Shown here piece by piece: positions 55,601 to 64,000 of a stretch of 64,000 nt of DNA. The translations under genes were made by a program, and so were the position numbers. Source of the stretch: Naegleria gruberi (lineage: Eukaryota); NCBI GenBank assembly GCA_000004985.1, contig GG738916.1. One strand, given 5' to 3'. The notes under the pieces were generated by a model. It was not told the DNA's origin. It did no database searches and worked only from the letters and a program-made list of their open reading frames with translations. Each line of letters starts with the position of its first letter. Position 1 is the first letter of the stretch.

Positions 55601-58600
55601 NNNNNNNNNNNNNNNNNNNNNNNNNNNNNNNNNNNNNNNNNNNNNNNNNNNNNNNNNNNNNNNNNNNNNNNNNNNNNNNNNNNNNNNNNNNNNNNNNNNN
55701 NNNNNNNNNNNNNNNNNNNNNNNNNNNNNNNNNNNNNNNNNNNNNNNNNNNNNNNNNNNNNNNNNNNNNNNNNNNNNNNNNNNNNNNNNNNNNNNNNNNN
55801 NNNNNNNNNNNNNNNNNNNNNNNNNNNNNNNNNNNNNNNNNNNNNNNNNNNNNNNNNNNNNNNNNNNNNNNNNNNNNNNNNNNNNNNNNNNNNNNNNNNN
55901 NNNNNNNNNNNNNNNNNNNNNNNNNNNNNNNNNNNNNNNNNNNNNNNNNNNNNNNNNNNNNNNNNNNNNNNNNNNNNNNNNNNNNNNNNNNNNNNNNNNN
56001 NNNNNNNNNNNNNNNNNNNNNNNNNNNNNNNNNNNNNNNNNNNNNNNNNNNNNNNNNNNNNNNNNNNNNNNNNNNNNNNNNNNNNNNNNNNNNNNNNNNN
56101 NNNNNNNNNNNNNNNNNNNNNNNNNNNNNNNNNNNNNNNNNNNNNNNNNNNNNNNNNNNNNNNNNNNNNNNNNNNNNNNNNNNNNNNNNNNNNNNNNNNN
56201 NNNNNNNNNNNNNNNNNNNNNNNNNNNNNNNNNNNNNNNNNNNNNNNNNNNNNNNNNNNNNNNNNNNNNNNNNNNNNNNNNNNNNNNNNNNNNNNNNNNN
56301 NNNNNNNNNNNNNNNNNNNNNNNNNNNNNNNNNNNNNNNNNNNNNNNNNNNNNNNNNNNNNNNNNNNNNNNNNNNNNNNNNNNNNNNNNNNNNNNNNNNN
56401 NNNNNNNNNNNNNNNNNNNNNNNNNNNNNNNNNNNNNNNNNNNNNNNNNNNNNNNNNNNNNNNNNNNNNNNNNNNNNNNNNNNNNNNNNNNNNNNNNNNN
56501 NNNNNNNNNNNNNNNNNNNNNNNNNNNNNNNNNNNNNNNNNNNNNNNNNNNNNNNNNNNNNNNNNNNNNNNNNNNNNNNNNNNNNNNNNNNNNNNNNNNN
56601 NNNNNNNNNNNNNNNNNNNNNNNNNNNNNNNNNNNNNNNNNNNNNNNNNNNNNNNNNNNNNNNNNNNNNNNNNNNNNNNNNNNNNNNNNNNNNNNNNNNN
56701 NNNNNNNNNNNNNNNNNNNNNNNNNNNNNNNNNNNNNNNNNNNNNNNNNNNNNNNNNNNNNNNNNNNNNNNNNNNNNNNNNNNNNNNNNNNNNNNNNNNN
56801 NNNNNNNNNNNNNNNNNNNNNNNNNNNNNNNNNNNNNNNNNNNNNNNNNNNNNNNNNNNNNNNNNNNNNNNNNNNNNNNNNNNNNNNNNNNNNNNNNNNN
56901 NNNNNNNNNNNNNNNNNNNNNNNNNNNNNNNNNNNNNNNNNNNNNNNNNNNNNNNNNNNNNNNNNNNNNNNNNNNNNNNNNNNNNNNNNNNNNNNNNNNN
57001 NNNNNNNNNNNNNNNNNNNNNNNNNNNNNNNNNNNNNNNNNNNNNNNNNNNNNNNNNNNNNNNNNNNNNNNNNNNNNNNNNNNNNNNNNNNNNNNNNNNN
57101 NNNNNNNNNNNNNNNNNNNNNNNNNNNNNNNNNNNNNNNNNNNNNNNNNNNNNNNNNNNNNNNNNNNNNNNNNNNNNNNNNNNNNNNNNNNNNNNNNNNN
57201 NNNNNNNNNNNNNNNNNNNNNNNNNNNNNNNNNNNNNNNNNNNNNNNNNNNNNNNNNNNNNNNNNNNNNNNNNNNNNNNNNNNNNNNNNNNNNNNNNNNN
57301 NNNNNNNNNNNNNNNNNNNNNNNNNNNNNNNNNNNNNNNNNNNNNNNNNNNNNNNNNNNNNNNNNNNNNNNNNNNNNNNNNNNNNNNNNNNNNNNNNNNN
57401 NNNNNNNNNNNNNNNNNNNNNNNNNNNNNNNNNNNNNNNNNNNNNNNNNNNNNNNNNNNNNNNNNNNNNNNNNNNNNNNNNNNNNNNNNNNNNNNNNNNN
57501 NNNNNNNNNNNNNNNNNNNNNNNNNNNNNNNNNNNNNNNNNNNNNNNNNNNNNNNNNNNNNNNNNNNNNNNNNNNNNNNNNNNNNNNNNNNNNNNNNNNN
57601 NNNNNNNNNNNNNNNNNNNNNNNNNNNNNNNNNNNNNNNNNNNNNNNNNNNNNNNNNNNNNNNNNNNNNNNNNNNNNNNNNNNNNNNNNNNNNNNNNNNN
57701 NNNNNNNNNNNNNNNNNNNNNNNNNNNNNNNNNNNNNNNNNNNNNNNNNNNNNNNNNNNNNNNNNNNNNNNNNNNNNNNNNNNNNNNNNNNNNNNNNNNN
57801 NNNNNNNNNNNNNNNNNNNNNNNNNNNNNNNNNNNNNNNNNNNNNNNNNNNNNNNNNNNNNNNNNNNNNNNNNNNNNNNNNNNNNNNNNNNNNNNNNNNN
57901 NNNNNNNNNNNNNNNNNNNNNNNNNNNNNNNNNNNNNNNNNNNNNNNNNNNNNNNNNNNNNNNNNNNNNNNNNNNNNNNNNNNNNNNNNNNNNNNNNNNN
58001 NNNNNNNNNNNNNNNNNNNNNNNNNNNNNNNNNNNNNNNNNNNNNNNNNNNNNNNNNNNNNNNNNNNNNNNNNNNNNNNNNNNNNNNNNNNNNNNNNNNN
58101 NNNNNNNNNNNNNNNNNNNNNNNNNNNNNNNNNNNNNNNNNNNNNNNNNNNNNNNNNNNNNNNNNNNNNNNNNNNNNNNNNNNNNNNNNNNNNNNNNNNN
58201 NNNNNNNNNNNNNNNNNNNNNNNNNNNNNNNNNNNNNNNNNNNNNNNNNNNNNNNNNNNNNNNNNNNNNNNNNNNNNNNNNNNNNNNNNNNNNNNNNNNN
58301 NNNNNNNNNNNNNNNNNNNNNNNNNNNNNNNNNNNNNNNNNNNNNNNNNNNNNNNNNNNNNNNNNNNNNNNNNNNNNNNNNNNNNNNNNNNNNNNNNNNN
58401 NNNNNNNNNNNNNNNNNNNNNNNNNNNNNNNNNNNNNNNNNNNNNNNNNNNNNNNNNNNNNNNNNNNNNNNNNNNNNNNNNNNNNNNNNNNNNNNNNNNN
58501 NNNNNNNNNNNNNNNNNNNNNNNNNNNNNNNNNNNNNNNNNNNNNNNNNNNNNNNNNNNNNNNNNNNNNNNNNNNNNNNNNNNNNNNNNNNNNNNNNNNN

Positions 58601-61600
58601 NNNNNNNNNNNNNNNNNNNNNNNNNNNNNNNNNNNNNNNNNNNNNNNNNNNNNNNNNNNNNNNNNNNNNNNNNNNNNNNNNNNNNNNNNNNNNNNNNNNN
58701 NNNNNNNNNNNNNNNNNNNNNNNNNNNNNNNNNNNNNNNNNNNNNNNNNNNNNNNNNNNNNNNNNNNNNNNNNNNNNNNNNNNNNNNNNNNNNNNNNNNN
58801 NNNNNNNNNNNNNNNNNNNNNNNNNNNNNNNNNNNNNNNNNNNNNNNNNNNNNNNNNNNNNNNNNNNNNNNNNNNNNNNNNNNNNNNNNNNNNNNNNNNN
58901 NNNNNNNNNNNNNNNNNNNNNNNNNNNNNNNNNNNNNNNNNNNNNNNNNNNNNNNNNNNNNNNNNNNNNNNNNNNNNNNNNNNNNNNNNNNNNNNNNNNN
59001 NNNNNNNNNNNNNNNNNNNNNNNNNNNNNNNNNNNNNNNNNNNNNNNNNNNNNNNNNNNNNNNNNNNNNNNNNNNNNNNNNNNNNNNNNNNNNNNNNNNN
59101 NNNNNNNNNNNNNNNNNNNNNNNNNNNNNNNNNNNNNNNNNNNNNNNNNNNNNNNNNNNNNNNNNNNNNNNNNNNNNNNNNNNNNNNNNNNNNNNNNNNN
59201 NNNNNNNNNNNNNNNNNNNNNNNNNNNNNNNNNNNNNNNNNNNNNNNNNNNNNNNNNNNNNNNNNNNNNNNNNNNNNNNNNNNNNNNNNNNNNNNNNNNN
59301 NNNNNNNNNNNNNNNNNNNNNNNNNNNNNNNNNNNNNNNNNNNNNNNNNNNNNNNNNNNNNNNNNNNNNNNNNNNNNNNNNNNNNNNNNNNNNNNNNNNN
59401 NNNNNNNNNNNNNNNNNNNNNNNNNNNNNNNNNNNNNNNNNNNNNNNNNNNNNNNNNNNNNNNNNNNNNNNNNNNNNNNNNNNNNNNNNNNNNNNNNNNN
59501 NNNNNNNNNNNNNNNNNNNNNNNNNNNNNNNNNNNNNNNNNNNNNNNNNNNNNNNNNNNNNNNNNNNNNNNNNNNNNNNNNNNNNNNNNNNNNNNNNNNN
59601 NNNNNNNNNNNNNNNNNNNNNNNNNNNNNNNNNNNNNNNNNNNNNNNNNNNNNNNNNNNNNNNNNNNNNNNNNNNNNNNNNNNNNNNNNNNNNNNNNNNN
59701 NNNNNNNNNNNNNNNNNNNNNNNNNNNNNNNNNNNNNNNNNNNNNNNNNNNNNNNNNNNNNNNNNNNNNNNNNNNNNNNNNNNNNNNNNNNNNNNNNNNN
59801 NNNNNNNNNNNNNNNNNNNNNNNNNNNNNNNNNNNNNNNNNNNNNNNNNNNNNNNNNNNNNNNNNNNNNNNNNNNNNNNNNNNNNNNNNNNNNNNNNNNN
59901 NNNNNNNNNNNNNNNNNNNNNNNNNNNNNNNNNNNNNNNNNNNNNNNNNNNNNNNNNNNNNNNNNNNNNNNNNNNNNNNNNNNNNNNNNNNNNNNNNNNN
60001 NNNNNNNNNNNNNNNNNNNNNNNNNNNNNNNNNNNNNNNNNNNNNNNNNNNNNNNNNNNNNNNNNNNNNNNNNNNNNNNNNNNNNNNNNNNNNNNNNNNN
60101 NNNNNNNNNNNNNNNNNNNNNNNNNNNNNNNNNNNNNNNNNNNNNNNNNNNNNNNNNNNNNNNNNNNNNNNNNNNNNNNNNNNNNNNNNNNNNNNNNNNN
60201 NNNNNNNNNNNNNNNNNNNNNNNNNNNNNNNNNNNNNNNNNNNNNNNNNNNNNNNNNNNNNNNNNNNNNNNNNNNNNNNNNNNNNNNNNNNNNNNNNNNN
60301 NNNNNNNNNNNNNNNNNNNNNNNNNNNNNNNNNNNNNNNNNNNNNNNNNNNNNNNNNNNNNNNNNNNNNNNNNNNNNNNNNNNNNNNNNNNNNNNNNNNN
60401 NNNNNNNNNNNNNNNNNNNNNNNNNNNNNNNNNNNNNNNNNNNNNNNNNNNNNNNNNNNNNNNNNNNNNNNNNNNNNNNNNNNNNNNNNNNNNNNNNNNN
60501 NNNNNNNNNNNNNNNNNNNNNNNNNNNNNNNNNNNNNNNNNNNNNNNNNNNNNNNNNNNNNNNNNNNNNNNNNNNNNNNNNNNNNNNNNNNNNNNNNNNN
60601 NNNNNNNNNNNNNNNNNNNNNNNNNNNNNNNNNNNNNNNNNNNNNNNNNNNNNNNNNNNNNNNNNNNNNNNNNNNNNNNNNNNNNNNNNNNNNNNNNNNN
60701 NNNNNNNNNNNNNNNNNNNNNNNNNNNNNNNNNNNNNNNNNNNNNNNNNNNNNNNNNNNNNNNNNNNNNNNNNNNNNNNNNNNNNNNNNNNNNNNNNNNN
60801 NNNNNNNNNNNNNNNNNNNNNNNNNNNNNNNNNNNNNNNNNNNNNNNNNNNNNNNNNNNNNNNNNNNNNNNNNNNNNNNNNNNNNNNNNNNNNNNNNNNN
60901 NNNNNNNNNNNNNNNNNNNNNNNNNNNNNNNNNNNNNNNNNNNNNNNNNNNNNNNNNNNNNNNNNNNNNNNNNNNNNNNNNNNNNNNNNNNNNNNNNNNN
61001 NNNNNNNNNNNNNNNNNNNNNNNNNNNNNNNNNNNNNNNNNNNNNNNNNNNNNNNNNNNNNNNNNNNNNNNNNNNNNNNNNNNNNNNNNNNNNNNNNNNN
61101 NNNNNNNNNNNNNNNNNNNNNNNNNNNNNNNNNNNNNNNNNNNNNNNNNNNNNNNNNNNNNNNNNNNNNNNNNNNNNNNNNNNNNNNNNNNNNNNNNNNN
61201 NNNNNNNNNNNNNNNNNNNNNNNNNNNNNNNNNNNNNNNNNNNNNNNNNNNNNNNNNNNNNNNNNNNNNNNNNNNNNNNNNNNNNNNNNNNNNNNNNNNN
61301 NNNNNNNNNNNNNNNNNNNNNNNNNNNNNNNNNNNNNNNNNNNNNNNNNNNNNNNNNNNNNNNNNNNNNNNNNNNNNNNNNNNNNNNNNNNNNNNNNNNN
61401 NNNNNNNNNNNNNNNNNNNNNNNNNNNNNNNNNNNNNNNNNNNNNNNNNNNNNNNNNNNNNNNNNNNNNNNNNNNNNNNNNNNNNNNNNNNNNNNNNNNN
61501 NNNNNNNNNNNNNNNNNNNNNNNNNNNNNNNNNNNNNNNNNNNNNNNNNNNNNNNNNNNNNNNNNNNNNNNNNNNNNNNNNNNNNNNNNNNNNNNNNNNN

Positions 61601-62699
61601 NNNNNNNNNNNNNNNNNNNNNNNNNNNNNNNNNNNNNNNNNNNNNNNNNNNNNNNNNNNNNNNNNNNNNNNNNNNNNNNNNNNNNNNNNNNNNNNNNNNN
61701 NNNNNNNNNNNNNNNNNNNNNNNNNNNNNNNNNNNNNNNNNNNNNNNNNNNNNNNNNNNNNNNNNNNNNNNNNNNNNNNNNNNNNNNNNNNNNNNNNNNN
61801 NNNNNNNNNNNNNNNNNNNNNNNNNNNNNNNNNNNNNNNNNNNNNNNNNNNNNNNNNNNNNNNNNNNNNNNNNNNNNNNNNNNNNNNNNNNNNNNNNNNN
61901 NNNNNNNNNNNNNNNNNNNNNNNNNNNNNNNNNNNNNNNNNNNNNNNNNNNNNNNNNNNNNNNNNNNNNNNNNNNNNNNNNNNNNNNNNNNNNNNNNNNN
62001 NNNNNNNNNNNNNNNNNNNNNNNNNNNNNNNNNNNNNNNNNNNNNNNNNNNNNNNNNNNNNNNNNNNNNNNNNNNNNNNNNNNNNNNNNNNNNNNNNNNN
62101 NNNNNNNNNNNNNNNNNNNNNNNNNNNNNNNNNNNNNNNNNNNNNNNNNNNNNNNNNNNNNNNNNNNNNNNNNNNNNNNNNNNNNNNNNNNNNNNNNNNN
62201 NNNNNNNNNNNNNNNNNNNNNNNNNNNNNNNNNNNNNNNNNNNNNNNNNNNNNNNNNNNNNNNNNNNNNNNNNNNNNNNNNNNNNNNNNNNNNNNNNNNN
62301 NNNNNNNNNNNNNNNNNNNNNNNNNNNNNNNNNNNNNNNNNNNNNNNNNNNNNNNNNNNNNNNNNNNNNNNNNNNNNNNNNNNNNNNNNNNNNNNNNNNN
62401 NNNNNNNNNNNNNNNNNNNNNNNNNNNNNNNNNNNNNNNNNNNNNNNNNNNNNNNNNNNNNNNNNNNNNNNNNNNNNNNNNNNNNNNNNNNNNNNNNNNN
62501 NNNNNNNNNNNNNNNNNNNNNNNNNNNNNNNNNNNNNNNNNNNNNNNNNNNNNNNNNNNNNNNNNNNNNNNNNNNNNNNNNNNNNNNNNNNNNNNNNNNN
62601 NNNNNNNNNNNNNNNNNNNNNNNNNNNNNNNNNNNNNNNNNNNNNNNNNNNNNNNNNNNNNNNNNNNNNNNNNNNNNNNNNNNNNNNNNNNNNNNNNNN
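43610..62699. other. Assembly gap (19,090 N), probably spanning repeat/transposon-rich sequence
   Basis: Run of N. It is flanked on the right by a degenerate retroelement fragment. Confidence 0.95.
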
Positions 62700-63300
62700 A
62701 GTTGGTATTTCTCCACTCTTCCAACTTTTTTGTTTACAATCTGTTCAACTTGTTCGCTNTTAGGAATTCTTGTATTATATCTAATGCTGTGGATTGTTTG
62801 TTGGAAGGAATTTACACAATACCTGTTAAAAGATACACAACCCCAGGAATTCTAAGTCAGGGAGTAAAGACACCCTTTTCTTTCTGAATTTTAGGAAGGT
62901 TTTTAAATCTTTCGTGACTATCTCTGTGTACAGTTGAGTTATCTCCTTGTCGTTACTTAGAATCAAAATGTCGTCTATATAACTAAACACCATAATACCT
63001 TGTTGTCTCCACTTGGTTACCAATTTTTTCATAATCTTGGTGAGTTCCTGGGAGCTTGGCTAATTCCAAATGAAAGGCATTTGAATTGGTAAACTTGAAG
63101 GAACTGTCCTTTATTCCAAAAGTGACCTTCCTTAGATCCAGAATAAAGCGAAATTGATCTGAACCCTTCTTGGGTACAATGTTTATTCTGTTCAATCTCT
63201 ATAATATTTGAATTCAGCATCTCTTGAACCATCCAAGAGGTTTCTCCACTAAAAATGGGTTTTTGCAACTTCTTCAATCAAACCTTCCTCTGAGAAGATT
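62700..63300 (-). mobile_element. Degenerate fragment of an LTR-retroelement reverse transcriptase (Ty3/gypsy- or DIRS-like) with at least 2 frameshifts, abutting the large gap
   Basis: Three overlapping minus-strand ORFs give RT motifs in the canonical order: IVPKKGSDQFRFILDLRKV (motifs 1/2/A), FQFKCLSFGISQAPR (motif B, PFGLxNAP) and MVFSYIDDILILSND...LEFLG (motif C, YxDD). The region is GC-richer than the flanking DNA. Confidence 0.65.
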
Positions 63301-63688
63301 TTCTCAACTCCCTTCCCAATTCCTAGGAACGATGGAATTTGTAATGAGAAGGATCTAAATATATTGAAAGATCTGATTCAGGATCACAGTGGAATTCCCT
63401 TCGAACTGAATTCAAATTAGTTTCCACAAATATTACTATTATAATGATGATAAATAACAACTATGATGATGGTTGGTAGTTTTTCCGATGATGATGTACC
63501 AACTTTTTATTTGAATTTTTTGAAAAATAGGATTTGAAATGTTTACAAACATAATCATTGTCAACTTTGGCCTTCTCAGCATTGGCTTGCTTGAATTCAC
63601 CATTTGAAACCAAAGATATTGGCTGAAGGAGATCCTTCTAAAAAATCAACTTTGACCAAGGAGAAACCTCTGATACAGAGCTTTAATG

Positions 63689-64000
63689 TTAAATAAATTT
63701 TTTTGGAAAGAGCCATACGTATTCATTTTGAAAATAATTTGCTGCTCTTTGTGAAACTTCATACTCACCAAAATTCATACCATCATTATATTGAGATGAT
63801 GTTAAAAATATTCCTATACTGCTAGTACTTGCTTTAATTATTTGTAAATTTGGAAACAATTGTTGCAGCCACCATGTATGGTTATTATCAAAAGGATTAC
63901 GAATTATTAAAGTTTTCAATTTTGGTAAATTTGATATTTGAAAGAAATTTAATCCTTTCAAATTTTTTGAATAAATTGAGAGCGTAGTTAGTGAATTAAA
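63689..64000 (-). CDS. 3' part of a second F-box/LRR gene copy (paralog of 20279-22039); the CDS continues beyond the right window edge
   Basis: It translates to ...FNSLTTLSIYSKNLKGLNFFQISNLPKLKTLIIRNPFDNNHTWWLQQLFPNLQIIKASTSSIGIFLTSSQYNDGMNFGEYEVSQRAANYFQNEYVWLFPKKFI*, versus ...FNSLTTLSIHSHNLKELNFFQISNLPKLKTLLIRNCFDNNHTWWLQPLFPNLQIIKASENSIRIFSSSSQYNDGMNFGEYEVSQRAANHFQNEYVWLFPKKFI* in the full copy. The 3' flank is also shared (aaataaatttttttggaaagagccatac). Confidence 0.65.
   Translation of the reverse strand, partial: FNSLTTLSIYSKNLKGLNFFQISNLPKLKTLIIRNPFDNNHTWWLQQLFPNLQIIKASTSSIGIFLTSSQYNDGMNFGEYEVSQRAANYFQNEYVWLFPKKFI

Noticed and set aside
43037-62855. Three giant ORFs (6402-6559 aa) from the ORF track spanning 43037-62855
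   Set aside because: They consist almost entirely of X from translating the 19,090-N gap. Only the flanking real sequence (43037-43609 and the RT fragment at 62700 onward) is meaningful.
1-64000. Prokaryotic-style systems (CRISPR arrays, restriction-modification, toxin-antitoxin, defence islands, operons, RBS/terminator features)
   Set aside because: The locus is eukaryotic: it has spliceosomal introns, F-box/LRR, RGS and mitochondrial-carrier genes, and poly-Asn tracts. There are no short direct-repeat/spacer arrays. The ORF track's TTG/GTG-based starts were replaced by ATG starts.

Overview
This window is eukaryotic nuclear DNA from a draft assembly. About 20.7 kb of it (32%) is N gaps: 2754-2803, 4326-5341, 7069-7118, 10148-10642 and 43610-62699. 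It is AT-rich, has Asn-rich low-complexity coding tracts, spliceosomal introns of 42-92 nt with GT..AG boundaries, F-box/LRR gene paralogs and ordinary TAA/TAG/TGA stops. I infer an amoebozoan (dictyostelid-like) protist, but cannot confirm the organism. I see no prokaryotic defence, CRISPR or operon-type content.

The main architectural feature is an inverted segmental duplication of at least 8 kb. The left arm (1-8006) mirrors the right arm (23566-32128). Each arm carries an F-box-like/LRR gene head-to-head with a giant type-I membrane protein gene (signal peptide, about 6 NHL repeats, a GPS/GAIN-like motif, about 45 EGF-like repeats and a C-terminal TM helix). The right-arm copy (23566-30189) is an intact 2207-aa ORF. 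The left-arm copy is broken by gaps and has an extra duplicated 5' fragment at 1470-2753.

The 15.5 kb between the arms holds:
- two paralogous Cys-rich type-I membrane protein genes, one of them frameshifted and truncated by a gap;
- a third NHL/EGF/TM paralog (13780-18206) with a 42-nt intron and a tandem ~440-bp coding repeat carrying four frameshifts;
- a 4-TM protein gene;
- an F-box/LRR gene with a poly-Asn N-terminus;
- a coiled-coil membrane protein gene.

Right of the duplication lie:
- an ADP-ribosylglycohydrolase gene (one intron);
- a CRT-like (chloroquine-resistance-transporter family) gene (one 44-nt intron);
- a receptor-type gene whose cytoplasmic part is a degenerate (pseudo) class-III nucleotidyl-cyclase homology domain;
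- an F-box-like gene;
- a 7TM protein with a C-terminal RGS domain;
- a mitochondrial carrier gene;
- a C-terminal gene fragment abutting a 19-kb gap;
- a frameshifted LTR-retroelement RT fragment;
- a second, truncated copy of the F-box/LRR gene at the window edge.

The ORF track used TTG/GTG/CTG starts, so I moved gene starts to the first plausible ATG. Many track ORFs are antisense or N-run artefacts and are rejected below.
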